DNA from: a virus
Taxonomy: Duplodnaviria > Caudoviricetes
Strand: one strand, 5' to 3'
Length of the DNA: 54,331 nucleotides
Virus record (IMG/VR): IMGVR_UViG_3300032048_000004
Coordinates: 1 to 54,331 of that record
Both the position numbers and the translations under genes were made by a program. This document shows positions 27,591 through 37,436 of this stretch, one piece after another; position 1 is the first letter of the stretch; each line of letters begins with the position of its first letter. The notes under the pieces were generated by a model that searched no databases, had not been told where the DNA came from, and was given only the letters and a program-made list of their open reading frames with translations.

Positions 27591-28476
27591 AGAAGTCCGT
27601 CGTAAACGGAACCTCCATATCCCCTGAATAATCGCAATTCGGGCAAGCGAAGTTTTGTCTTATGTCTATATTTGGAATAATCTTCCTATAGACTCCTCTG
27701 AGATATCTTGCATCTCTAGCTGGTAGATTTGAAACCGCCTCAATGATTTGAAGGCGATCGGTGACACCAGAAATAGAAACAATGAACATTGCCATCTGTG
27801 TTGACAAAGAATCTTCAGGCAGGTTTTGTTTTTTTCTAGCATCTGCCGCCTTAGACATATTCTTCTCATCTGCACCAGTCAGTGGTCGAACCTCAACATC
27901 CCATCTTGTAACTGGAAGCTGATGAACAACATATGTTCCATCGCTCGTTGCTGTTGCAATGACAGGATTGTGTTCATTACCAGTAATGGTAACTGCATCA
28001 TCCAAGTCCCAACTGTAACTGATGTTATCTTGGCAACCTGGACATGAAGTTTGCGTTGTATATGCTGAACCATATCCTGACTTCCTAGCAGCAACAAGAA
28101 GGGCGTTTCTATCGCCAATCAAGAGGCTATCTGGATCAATTCCTCTTTCAACAATAATTTGCTGTAGCAGCCTATCGATAGCCTTACCTTGTTTTAACAG
28201 GGTTGCAGAGCTAAGAATATCTTCCTCTTTTGTCGTCATATGTTTGATCTCAAGAGTGTCTTGTCCATGGAGTGGATGACCTTGAGCATAGAATTTACCG
28301 CCAGAAGGCAGTTCAACAAACTCTGTTGGTGAAACAAAGCTAAGTGGTGAAGCACTGCGAGGCGCTTCCATTGGTGCTGATTTTGCTTGTGTCGGAGTTG
28401 AATAATCCAGTTGTGGTGCTTCTGCACCTGAATGTAGATCGCCAACTCCAAGGCGATCTTTATTATTTCTCGACAT
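27574..28476 (-). CDS. tail/baseplate assembly chaperone (T4 gp26/gp51-like)
   Basis: VELPSGGKFY, MTTKEEDIL, LLIGDRNALL..AR..GYG..Y, CPGC/CPNC and C-terminal FFWP; directly after the tube gene. Confidence 0.75.
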   Translation of the reverse strand: MSRNNKDRLGVGDLHSGAEAPQLDYSTPTQAKSAPMEAPRSASPLSFVSPTEFVELPSGGKFYAQGHPLHGQDTLEIKHMTTKEEDILSSATLLKQGKAIDRLLQQIIVERGIDPDSLLIGDRNALLVAARKSGYGSAYTTQTSCPGCQDNISYSWDLDDAVTITGNEHNPVIATATSDGTYVVHQLPVTRWDVEVRPLTGADEKNMSKAADARKKQNLPEDSLSTQMAMFIVSISGVTDRLQIIEAVSNLPARDARYLRGVYRKIIPNIDIRQNFACPNCDYSGDMEVPFTTDFFWPKQ

Positions 28477-28509
28477 TAATACCTTCTTTCTATAAAGTGT
28501 CTATTGTCT

Positions 28510-28538
28510 ATCATAACATATAAAAATGTATTTGTTAA
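28510..28538 (-). promoter_or_regulatory. sigma70-like promoter in front of the chaperone gene
   Basis: TTAACA-17 bp-TATGAT with extended TG. Confidence 0.5.
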
Positions 28539-28545
28539 ATTTTTA

Positions 28546-29097
28546 TCAACCAAGTTTAAAGAACTGTCTTTCGCTCTTGGTATGCCCAGTGTTTGCTGTC
28601 TCAAGCTCTGCCCAGTCATATCGAAGAATAATAGTAATCTCGGTCATGTCATCGCCATCATAGCTCAACTCGCCATACTTAACATCTTTAATCCAAGGAT
28701 TGACAAGTTTCCAAGTTTCAACGGCATTGCCATCGGCATCAATTTGAACAATCTCAACCAAGTTTCCAAGCGCAGCAACTGATTTTTGCTTCGACATAGT
28801 TGAAGTATCATTGGTATTCTGTGCGGGGAGATATCCACCATCTTTGATGATGTTTGTAATGGTAGCTGCCATATCGGGATTAATAGGATCTGCAAGGGTT
28901 ACATTAATTTCCTGCCATTGAACACGGCCTGGATAGTAATAAGTATGATTGAGATACTTATGCTCAGTTTCAGTAACCTGGAAGCTGGGTTTATCAGTCT
29001 TCTTAAGGACATATGCGGGAACTGATGCGATTCGCATAATCCACCTATATTGTCTTTTTGGGTCTTGTTGTGTTGCGTCTGACCAGAAATTTGCCAT
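28546..29097 (-). CDS. tail tube protein (gp19-like)
   Basis: DPKRQYRW, YYPGRVQW..I.VTL.D, ETWKL.NPW...YGELSY and LRYDWA; follows the sheath gene. Confidence 0.85.
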   Translation of the reverse strand: MANFWSDATQQDPKRQYRWIMRIASVPAYVLKKTDKPSFQVTETEHKYLNHTYYYPGRVQWQEINVTLADPINPDMAATITNIIKDGGYLPAQNTNDTSTMSKQKSVAALGNLVEIVQIDADGNAVETWKLVNPWIKDVKYGELSYDGDDMTEITIILRYDWAELETANTGHTKSERQFFKLG

Positions 29098-29143
29098 TTT
29101 TAAAAATTCTCCTTGCTAAAGATTGTCATAATCCTTTCTCTTA

Positions 29144-29151
29144 TAAGTAGT
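29144..29151 (-). promoter_or_regulatory. putative late promoter motif ACTACTTA
   Basis: Directly after a GGGGGAA/TTCCCCC hairpin and upstream of the tube gene. Confidence 0.55.
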
Positions 29152-29186
29152 AAGGGGGAATCGTTTTCCCCCCGTTCTACTTTTTA

Positions 29187-32100
29187 TTAATCATCAAATG
29201 ATGCACCAGTATTGGTGATGACAAAATCAATTGCGATGAACTCAATAGCCCTTGCTGGCTTCAGCAAAATCTTGGCATATAGAATATTTCTATCAATCAA
29301 GTCTGGTGTTGTGGTTGTTTCGTCCAAGACTACTTTGAAGTCTGACAGGCCGAATCTATTCTTAACGCTTGCCAAGAAAGGCTCAACCTGAGAAGTAAAT
29401 CGGTGCCAAGTCGAAGGAACATTGTTATCAAACAAGATGCCCGTTGAGATGACTGAGATTTCTTTCTTCAAGTAGATGAGGAGTCGTCTAACATTAATCC
29501 TATCAAGTGCCGATGGAGTTACCTGCAAAGTCTTCTGTCCGAAGATTACAAGGCCCTCTGACGGGAATGTTGCAATAGGGTTGATGTTTGCTTCATAAAG
29601 CTTGTCACGGTCCTTAGAGGTCAACCTGCGTCGTGCCTGAAGCACTGGAACTCCAGCGGAGCCTTCAGTTAATCCACCTCGGTTAAAACCAGCAGGTGCA
29701 AACCAAAGTTCAGACTTTTGCTGTGAGCTTGCCATGGTTCCAAGAGCCACAACTGATGGTGGCGACCAGAGTACCGAATCAGAGATGGTATCTTTGATTT
29801 GTACCCAAGGGAAGTAAGCACATCCATAACTGGAGTTGATTGCTCTATTTTTAAGGTTTGTTATTGTGTTCTTAACACTTGGGAGTCTACCCGACTCGGC
29901 GGTGTCATTCTCTGCGCTTGGTACATAATCACCCTCAAGGTCAATTACTGCCAAGGCATCTCCACGAGCCTCACAAGCATCAATCAATTGAGAAGTAAGT
30001 CCTTCATTTGTGATACCAGGCATTGCAGCTAAGTTCATCTCTACAATTTCTGGGTCTGTGACTGCTTTAATAGCTCGTTGAACAGAGTTGTATGCATAGT
30101 GTCCCAATGCACCACCTGTAACATTATCAAGAATTGCATTTCGGAAAGGATCTTTCTCTCGAACATCCAATCCGTCAAATCCACCTACGAGTGGAAGTGT
30201 AAACTTGTCATATCCATGGTCAAGAACATCTTTATAAATTCCATTTTCGAGAACAGAGTTTGAGCCAACATAGTTAGCTGAAGCTGTTCCACAAACGGAA
30301 ATTGAAGCACCAGCGTATCTAGCGCCTGGATACCAACTTACATGTGTTGTACTCTTTGCCACCCCACCTGAAGTGGTTATTTCGTCCATTACCAAGTCAT
30401 CAAGTGTAAAAGCAGAGACTTGATCTGTGTTGTGAAAATCTCCTGCTGCTTTGGCATGAGGTTCTAATGGCGTAACAAAGTCCATACCACTATCTGCGTA
30501 TGTCCCTTTGCTTGCAAAAATTGATGGGAGGGCGGCATGTGTGATGCCTTCTCCAAGAGAGTGAGCAGATGAATATGGTTTTGCCAAATCTCTGTTTGCT
30601 CCATCAAAAGTTCTGGAGCCGCTCTCATCTCTAGTGAAGTTGATACCAAAGTATGTTTCAGTTCCACTTGCCAATCCAAGATTCGATGAATCTGTCTGGC
30701 CAGAGAAGGATGGAAATACTAAGTTAATGACTGCTTGTCCGGAGGTGGCGCTGAGGTATGGCGACAGGGAGGAGGCGCCGAGTTCTGAGGAACGATTTGT
30801 TCCCTGATCAAGACTAGCTCCATAGTTATTAACATCACCGTCAGCAGAGGTTACACTATTATTATCCGTGTTGGTTATCACTGTGGGTGCGGTTGAGGTG
30901 GCGGCATTGGTTCCAAGTGTTCTTGGGAAAGCCGATCCATAAAATCCAAACGGGAGTAGTGTTGCGGCTGTTGAGCCAGCTTCAACTTCTGGATTTACCT
31001 CAACTCGAACAAAGCTGGAAACATTTGGCCACTGACCAGTCGTTTTATATCTGGATTCTGTCTCGTCCCACTGTGAACTCATATCGCCAATTCTTCTAGC
31101 AATAAAGTTATTTGAGTTGGGGTTGAGGTTACAATTTGTATATCTCTCGACATATACAGGTGACACATCAGTATCTCCAATTTGTCGAAGGCCGACAGTA
31201 AAAGAGCCATATGGTTCGTTGTCAACATCTGAAGCTTTAATATCACTAATGGATACTTTTAAGTTTGCAGATGACCAAGCTCCATCGTCAAGACCAACAA
31301 GTCTAAAGAGGTTGGTTACGCCAGAATTATATTTCCCAGTAGATGGTGATACTTCATGATCTCCACGATCACCAGTATGCTGGCTGAAGATCCATGATGT
31401 TTGAGGAGATTGAGCTTCAAGTTCCATTTCATTCTTATCAAATGTGGATGAGGAGTGGGGGTCATCCAGCTTCAAAAGGACTGCCATGGTTCCACTTGCG
31501 CCTGCAAATGCGGAAGAAGCAACAATGTTCTCCACATGTCGTTCATAAGTCTCTCCAAGGAAATAATCCAATCGAGATCCTGAAGCAGTAATAGCATCAT
31601 TAGTCAGCGTTGGATTCGTGTTCAAAGCGCTTCTAATAAACTTTCTTGAAGAGCGATCAAGGTTAAATGAGTAATTCTTTCCGCCGATGTGAATCTTAAA
31701 TTCAGCACCTTTGTTTTGACATTTTACCCATTGGCCAGTACAGAAAGTTCCTGCGACAGTGCTATCTGTACCAGTTGCAAAGTCTGCAAGAACGATGCTG
31801 GAGGTGAGGGTGGATGGATTTATAAACGATATTGACATCTCACCTTCACTTGCCTTTCTATTTCCTGCGGCGCCGCCGACAGACTGAGTTAGCACATTTG
31901 GTGAACCTGTATTGGGGTCAGTCGCTGCAATTCCCAATGTAAGATTTGCTTGACCTGCTGGAGCGATGTAAGTACCAGAATCAACTGACTGATCAAAAGC
32001 TGTTACAGCGTTGATAGCGGCGTTGATGCGAGTTACTTGGTCGGCTATTGCGGTGGCACCGCTGATCCCAACAATTACTTTTCCAAATCCGTTTACACGG

Positions 32101-32765
32101 CCATCAACATCGGTCGCTCCGTCTTCAAATACAAACTCAACAGTATTTCCAGAAGTATCAGTGAGTTTAAACTCATCACCATCTACAAATACATCAGATG
32201 CAGTTGCAAAAGTAAAACCACTTACAGCAGCAGAAGCGTTTGAAGTCGAGACTGAATTCGTAACCGCTGCTGAGGAGGCAATCTCTTGCCCAGCAAGTCC
32301 AATTGCAGTATCTGTTTCTTTAAGATAGACCACTGCGGCAAGGGCTGCGTTAGTTGCTGTCACTCCCTGCTTGGCAACAAACAGTCCATATGCAGAGCCA
32401 GTAGTTGCCCATCCAGCATCGACGGCACCACTATTGCGTTGTGCATTATCAGTTCCAAGAAGTCGAACAATCGTACAGGGGGAAGCATTTCTCAGCCATG
32501 CTTGTGCAGCATAACCAGCATAAGTGGGAGCAGTATAGTTTCCATCTCTCCAAACATCTCCGCCTGATCCACCAGGAATAGGATTGCCGAAGATTTCAAC
32601 AAATTCCGAGAAGGAACCAACCTGAACAGGTCGCATACCTGGACCTCTAGCGGTTCGACCAATAATAACTGGCCCCATTGGACCTACTTCTTTGGCCAAT
32701 TGCGAATTATCAATCTCGTTGATGAAAATGCCTGGCGATACGAATCTAAATTTTTTAACTGACAT
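29187..32765 (-). CDS. contractile tail sheath protein (gp18-like) with large insertions
   Basis: FVSPGIFINEID; C-terminal WFAPAGFNRG, LYEANINPIA, GQKTLQ...ALDRINVRRLL and PARAIEFI. Confidence 0.95.
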   Translation of the reverse strand: MSVKKFRFVSPGIFINEIDNSQLAKEVGPMGPVIIGRTARGPGMRPVQVGSFSEFVEIFGNPIPGGSGGDVWRDGNYTAPTYAGYAAQAWLRNASPCTIVRLLGTDNAQRNSGAVDAGWATTGSAYGLFVAKQGVTATNAALAAVVYLKETDTAIGLAGQEIASSAAVTNSVSTSNASAAVSGFTFATASDVFVDGDEFKLTDTSGNTVEFVFEDGATDVDGRVNGFGKVIVGISGATAIADQVTRINAAINAVTAFDQSVDSGTYIAPAGQANLTLGIAATDPNTGSPNVLTQSVGGAAGNRKASEGEMSISFINPSTLTSSIVLADFATGTDSTVAGTFCTGQWVKCQNKGAEFKIHIGGKNYSFNLDRSSRKFIRSALNTNPTLTNDAITASGSRLDYFLGETYERHVENIVASSAFAGASGTMAVLLKLDDPHSSSTFDKNEMELEAQSPQTSWIFSQHTGDRGDHEVSPSTGKYNSGVTNLFRLVGLDDGAWSSANLKVSISDIKASDVDNEPYGSFTVGLRQIGDTDVSPVYVERYTNCNLNPNSNNFIARRIGDMSSQWDETESRYKTTGQWPNVSSFVRVEVNPEVEAGSTAATLLPFGFYGSAFPRTLGTNAATSTAPTVITNTDNNSVTSADGDVNNYGASLDQGTNRSSELGASSLSPYLSATSGQAVINLVFPSFSGQTDSSNLGLASGTETYFGINFTRDESGSRTFDGANRDLAKPYSSAHSLGEGITHAALPSIFASKGTYADSGMDFVTPLEPHAKAAGDFHNTDQVSAFTLDDLVMDEITTSGGVAKSTTHVSWYPGARYAGASISVCGTASANYVGSNSVLENGIYKDVLDHGYDKFTLPLVGGFDGLDVREKDPFRNAILDNVTGGALGHYAYNSVQRAIKAVTDPEIVEMNLAAMPGITNEGLTSQLIDACEARGDALAVIDLEGDYVPSAENDTAESGRLPSVKNTITNLKNRAINSSYGCAYFPWVQIKDTISDSVLWSPPSVVALGTMASSQQKSELWFAPAGFNRGGLTEGSAGVPVLQARRRLTSKDRDKLYEANINPIATFPSEGLVIFGQKTLQVTPSALDRINVRRLLIYLKKEISVISTGILFDNNVPSTWHRFTSQVEPFLASVKNRFGLSDFKVVLDETTTTPDLIDRNILYAKILLKPARAIEFIAIDFVITNTGASFDD

Positions 32766-32825
32766 GTTTTACTCTCCTGTATAATGGTGTCTTAACCAAT
32801 TTAAGCTTAAAGCTTATTTCTCTAA

Positions 32826-32833
32826 TAAATAGT
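32826..32833 (-). promoter_or_regulatory. putative late promoter motif ACTATTTA
   Basis: Upstream of the sheath gene, after a small GGGC/GCCC hairpin. Confidence 0.55.
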
Positions 32834-32858
32834 ACATTAAAGGGCGAAAGGCCCAAAA

Positions 32859-33710
32859 CTAGCCTCTGAATTTTGCTTTATCCCATTCACCTGGCGCATC
32901 GTCGTAAATTACAGTCTCTCTGGGGATTTTAACTTCAACGGCGTTCTCGGTGACGGTAACTTGTGGGACTTCTTGGTTGGGTCCGTCACCCAATAGCATA
33001 CCAAGGACTTTTATTTCAAGAGTAGTTTGATACTTTCTCTCGTCCTCGTCCATGCTTGAGACATTATCCTCTTGAGTGAACGAGCTATCGATGAATATTT
33101 CATATCTGTGTCCGTCCTCCTCGATCATGTCGTAATTGATTCCCTTGCCAGAAGTTACGAGCGGTTGAACGATCTCATTCATCTGCTGCTGGTACTCTGT
33201 CCATATAGTTAGCTTATATGAAACATCGACATAAACTGGCTGAGGGATAGTTGTATACTGGTATACAATTTTGTTATTCTGCTTTTCAGTCTTGAAATTA
33301 ATCTGACCGTATTTTCTTTTAGCGTCTGCATTTTGGAAGTTCCTCGTCTTCTTCTGATTGATTTTTCTGGCAACCGTCAATACGTTTCCGGTCTTATCAT
33401 TTGGTGGGACGTTTGCCCAATACGGACCTTTTCTTGCCATGTCTTTTACAACACCTGTTCTCTCCACTGTAATAATAGGGAGGATCAATTGGCCAGAAGT
33501 ATCTCTTCGTTCTCTGGAGTCTTTGGTTTGTTTGGCTCTCTCTGCTGTTGACCAAGCGACAGGAACTTTCTTCCAGCCTTTGTTGGTTGTGCAGAATAGA
33601 TTCTTATTTTCATCAACCCATTTATACATTGCCATATCAATTGTCTCAATCGATGATGGTGCTATATGTTGGACCTTCTTGTCCATCTTATCTCTCTTAG
33701 GAAGCATCAA
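32859..33710 (-). CDS. tail terminator / sheath stabiliser (gp15-like)
   Basis: LILPIITVER, PQPVYVDVSY.L.IWT....QMNEI; located between neck and sheath genes. Confidence 0.65.
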   Translation of the reverse strand: MMLPKRDKMDKKVQHIAPSSIETIDMAMYKWVDENKNLFCTTNKGWKKVPVAWSTAERAKQTKDSRERRDTSGQLILPIITVERTGVVKDMARKGPYWANVPPNDKTGNVLTVARKINQKKTRNFQNADAKRKYGQINFKTEKQNNKIVYQYTTIPQPVYVDVSYKLTIWTEYQQQMNEIVQPLVTSGKGINYDMIEEDGHRYEIFIDSSFTQEDNVSSMDEDERKYQTTLEIKVLGMLLGDGPNQEVPQVTVTENAVEVKIPRETVIYDDAPGEWDKAKFRG

Positions 33711-34185
33711 ACAAACCCTCTCTTGCCATCGTACACTTAGCGGTTATTTCCATCTTATGCTCTGTTCTCCCAAATAACTCTTTTGGGTGAGAGATATCAA
33801 CAATCTCATAATAGTCCTGTCCATAAAGAATGAAATCACCCTCACGAACATACAGATCTTGATCCTCGGTCAACCTTCGTTTGTGGAAGTGAACCGTGAT
33901 ACTAGCCTTTCGATCAACGCCGAAGCTTGTACTCGTTGTTTCTGAACCTTCCCAGTCAACAAGAGCATAGACATGGACGGGTGGCAGAAATGATTTCCTA
34001 ATCGCTTCTCCATAGAGAGAGTGATAGTTTGTCTCATCTTGTGCAATTGGATAATAAAGAACAGTCTGGCCGATGACTCTTTCAATAAGCTCATCGTTGA
34101 CCTGCTTTACTAAGTCTCGCTCTTTCTGCCCTGCAAAAAGCGGGGGAGGTGGAGCGGCTGGTTGTTCCCATTTATTATCTGCCAT
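33697..34185 (-). CDS. neck / head-closure protein (gp14-like)
   Basis: LYGEA, VREGDFI.YG..YYEI; synteny. Confidence 0.6.
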   Translation of the reverse strand: MADNKWEQPAAPPPPLFAGQKERDLVKQVNDELIERVIGQTVLYYPIAQDETNYHSLYGEAIRKSFLPPVHVYALVDWEGSETTSTSFGVDRKASITVHFHKRRLTEDQDLYVREGDFILYGQDYYEIVDISHPKELFGRTEHKMEITAKCTMAREGLFDAS

Positions 34186-34192
34186 CTATTTC

Positions 34193-35515
34193 TTATCCTA
34201 TGAAAATTGGAAGTGGGATATTCTTCTGAACTTCCGATGTTGATTCGAGCATCTTAGCATCGCCTTCAATCATCTTACTATAAGTCAACTCATCCAAGAT
34301 TTCTTTAAGCTCATCTCGAAGTGCTGTCTGCTCTTCCTTGCCTTGAGATACCAGATCGCTTCCATTCATTTGAATGTCGTTACCTGGAATCGGAATTGAA
34401 CTAAATTTGCTTCGAACCAGACCAAGCATCTCTTTGCTCAAGGCCAGTGCAAATCTTCGAATCCACTGTTTTCCAATAGAGTTAATGTTGTCATATGGGA
34501 TATTTGCAAACGGAGCAGTGTTGAGATTGTTGACGCCATCCAATCCAATATCTGGATCTAGTGGGTCTTCTTTGGCCCAAGCATCTACTCCAACTGTAAA
34601 TTCAAACCACATCTGTTTTGAGGTTACTCCACTGGGGATTGGGAATATTCTTAAGTTATTATTTCTCAACTCAAAGGAGTGGTGTCCATATCTGTTATAC
34701 AGTCGATCTTTATAATCCTGAATCATCAGCTTTGTTTCCCAAGCTGGCATCACATGAAAGAATGAGGCGTTTGAGTATGAGCCGTAGTTCAAGAAGTTTC
34801 CAACAATACTTGCTCCTCCAACAAGTCCATAGTATTGCCATGATGCGCTTGGAGTCTTCCAATATACTTTTTTAATTTGAATCTTTTCATCTCCGATTGG
34901 ACGAACAGTTCCTGTCGTTTTGTGAAACTCTGTGCTGGTGCCGATAATAGTTTGAAGATCATAATCTTGTTCACCATCAACAAGGGGAAATGACGCTGAA
35001 TAAACCGTCAGAGAACCACCCATCCCAACTTCCTCAGAAATACCATCAGCAACTCTTCGTGCATATGCAAAGTCGAATTTGGGGAACTTAAGGCTTACAT
35101 TACTTTTTGCCGGAAGGGAGTCGGTATCTCCAGTTAGCTCACCATCACTATCAAAGCTTCCTGTGGAGGCTCCGAGAATGTTCGAGAGTACGTTCTTTCC
35201 TTGGTGGATATTAACCAAATAAGAATATTCCAAACAAGCTTCTTCATAAGCTGCATAGATTTGATACTCAGTGACTTCTAGGTCAAGAACATCTCCGCCA
35301 AGCTTTTTATAAACATATGCAACTTGGTCTGCTGCACCTTTTTTAAAGTAATCGATTTGGTTTTGGGTCCATGGAGAAGTGGCGGAGCCAGTTGGAACCG
35401 TATAAATACCAAGAGGTAATGGGTTGTCGGAGGAGTCCACATTAATTATGTTTCCTGCTGCTGGCAAAACAATTGCGCTCGTTTGACTTGATGGGGTTAG
35501 ATCTGGTATTGCCAT
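34193..35515 (-). CDS. neck / head-tail adaptor protein (gp13-like)
   Basis: KKLGGDVLDLE, WIRRFALALSKEMLG.VRSKF..IPIPG....NG..L; directly after MCP. Confidence 0.7.
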   Translation of the reverse strand: MAIPDLTPSSQTSAIVLPAAGNIINVDSSDNPLPLGIYTVPTGSATSPWTQNQIDYFKKGAADQVAYVYKKLGGDVLDLEVTEYQIYAAYEEACLEYSYLVNIHQGKNVLSNILGASTGSFDSDGELTGDTDSLPAKSNVSLKFPKFDFAYARRVADGISEEVGMGGSLTVYSASFPLVDGEQDYDLQTIIGTSTEFHKTTGTVRPIGDEKIQIKKVYWKTPSASWQYYGLVGGASIVGNFLNYGSYSNASFFHVMPAWETKLMIQDYKDRLYNRYGHHSFELRNNNLRIFPIPSGVTSKQMWFEFTVGVDAWAKEDPLDPDIGLDGVNNLNTAPFANIPYDNINSIGKQWIRRFALALSKEMLGLVRSKFSSIPIPGNDIQMNGSDLVSQGKEEQTALRDELKEILDELTYSKMIEGDAKMLESTSEVQKNIPLPIFIG

Positions 35516-35536
35516 GTTGAATGTCTCCTACGCCAA

Positions 35537-35544
35537 TAAATAGT
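35537..35544 (-). promoter_or_regulatory. putative late promoter motif ACTATTTA
   Basis: Between the MCP terminator and the neck gene. Confidence 0.55.
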
Positions 35545-35554
35545 TTCCACATAC

Positions 35555-35594
35555 AAGAAAACCCCGCCTTAGTAAAACTAAGACAGGGTTTCTT
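35555..35594 (-). terminator. rho-independent terminator after MCP
   Basis: AAACCCTGTCTTAG-TTTTA-CTAAGGCGGGGTTTTCTT. Confidence 0.75.
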
Positions 35595-35624
35595 TGAATT
35601 ATTATAAGTTAGCTTATGCTATTC

Positions 35625-37409
35625 TTACATATCCCGTACAATAACAACTGCGTACATATCTGAACGCACCATCTTCTTACCGTAACGAGTCATCACGCCC
35701 TTTCGGGGGGTCAGATCCGCAGGATCAAAGATAGTTGGAGTTGTTTGCAGAGGCACATAAGGTGCATACACATACCCGCTTTCTAAAAAGCTTGAACCTT
35801 TTCGGCCCACAAGAATTGCATTCCGTGGGAAGTAGGGGTCAACATAGACATCCCACTTCTTATTCAATGCACCTTCCTTAACTGCACCAACGGTTCCTCG
35901 GTCAGCATCATGAGTGACGCTTGCTCGGAATCCAGAGGTAAACTCAAGGATGTTAGCCGTTTCGGGTCCGCAAACCAAGAAGTTTGCGCCACCACGAAGG
36001 GTCTTGCGGTGAATGTCAGCAGACGCATCGTTGACAGTTTCAACGAGAGTCTCATACCACTCACTTACATTACCAGTGAAGTCCATATCAGTAAGGCTTC
36101 CATCCGCTCCGGCTTTTTGGCCAGAAAGTTTTGACCAGTACCTAGTGCTTGCAGCACCTTGAAGAAGGTCGGTGAGGATTTCTTTGTCAATCTCAAGAGC
36201 AATTTGCTCCGAGAGGACAGAGGTAAGCTCAACTTCTGCATCAAGGTTGTGATAAGCATTAAGGTCTTGTCCCAATTCTGGGGTCCAGTGTGCTTTCAGC
36301 TTTTTGGTCTGTGCCGTGATAGCTACGCTATCAACTTTGATATCAATCTCTGGGATATCCGCAGATTCCATCGCCCAAGCAGCAGAGCCAACGACTCCGC
36401 CTGTTCCTACACTGGCAAATCCATCGCCAAGAACCCAAGAAATATCTTTAGCAGCGGTGATGGCTGTACCTGCAACGGCGCTGGCAGCGTTGGCGATAGC
36501 CAAGTCAGTACCAACTTCAGTAGGTTCAGTAAACGTAGTTGCGGTAAAGACAAATCTTACTTCATCAACAACACCATCGGCGGTGTAAGTTGCAGTAGTC
36601 AGTCGTCGGACCATCGATGGCGTTCCCGTACCTGATGGCGCTTCAAGCACAGATGCAATCTCTGCACCTTTTTGCATCCGAGCGGCTTTGCCGCCTGTAG
36701 TCGCAGTATATGAAGCTTCAACTTCTGCATTAACCAGTTTAAGAACAACAACCTGTGTACCAGTACCAGTAGCAGCGGGCAAATCAGCCAGAAGATCTGG
36801 ATCATGCTGAATGGCTGCCAATTGTGCGGCAGTTAAATCAGTAGAGTTAAGTGCAAAGGTTGGAACCGCAACTTGCAACGATGTAGCACCTTTACATTCG
36901 GCAGAAGCACGATTGTTGGAATATCCAGTACCAAGGTTATAAAAACCAGTATCTGGATCTGTGGTTAAATCCACTCCAGCGGCAATTTCACTTGCGACGG
37001 CTCCGCCACCATGTACTGAATTAGTAGAGTTTGGCGCTCCTGGGGTCGATGCCGCAGCATCGCCTAGATTTCTTGTAAAGTCCAAGAAGAAGATAAGTCC
37101 AGATGGCAAGCTCATAGGCTGCACCGAAACTATATCATTTGCAAGAAGTCCGCCGAATACTCGTCGGACGATGGGGAAGGCAACAGCAGCGAAACCGCTT
37201 ACATCTTGACCAGCACCCATGCTGCTTTCCTCACGAAGTAGTTCCTTCGCTTGGTTTTCGAGAAGACAGGCCATTGACTGCTTCTTTTGATCACTTTCTA
37301 GTCCTTCTAAAAGACCAGTGTTTGACCACTTGTTTAAGAGGGCTTCACCCTCTTTGGCGACATTGCGTGACACAATGCCTTCAGTTAGTTTTTGTAAAAC
37401 ATTTGACAT
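35625..37409 (-). CDS. major capsid protein (T4 gp23-like)
   Basis: PIVRRVF, VQPMSLPSGLIF, KLKAHWTPELGQDL.AYH.LDAE.EL, YAPYVPL and GVMTRYG motifs. Confidence 0.95.
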   Translation of the reverse strand: MSNVLQKLTEGIVSRNVAKEGEALLNKWSNTGLLEGLESDQKKQSMACLLENQAKELLREESSMGAGQDVSGFAAVAFPIVRRVFGGLLANDIVSVQPMSLPSGLIFFLDFTRNLGDAAASTPGAPNSTNSVHGGGAVASEIAAGVDLTTDPDTGFYNLGTGYSNNRASAECKGATSLQVAVPTFALNSTDLTAAQLAAIQHDPDLLADLPAATGTGTQVVVLKLVNAEVEASYTATTGGKAARMQKGAEIASVLEAPSGTGTPSMVRRLTTATYTADGVVDEVRFVFTATTFTEPTEVGTDLAIANAASAVAGTAITAAKDISWVLGDGFASVGTGGVVGSAAWAMESADIPEIDIKVDSVAITAQTKKLKAHWTPELGQDLNAYHNLDAEVELTSVLSEQIALEIDKEILTDLLQGAASTRYWSKLSGQKAGADGSLTDMDFTGNVSEWYETLVETVNDASADIHRKTLRGGANFLVCGPETANILEFTSGFRASVTHDADRGTVGAVKEGALNKKWDVYVDPYFPRNAILVGRKGSSFLESGYVYAPYVPLQTTPTIFDPADLTPRKGVMTRYGKKMVRSDMYAVVIVRDM

Positions 37410-37436
37410 TTTTAATTTTTCTCCTATTATGAATGT

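Noticed and set aside
27574-27594. Classical -1 frameshift at the chaperone end
   Set aside because: The -1 frame reads CTT TTG GCC TAA and stops at once; only the +1/-2 frame is open
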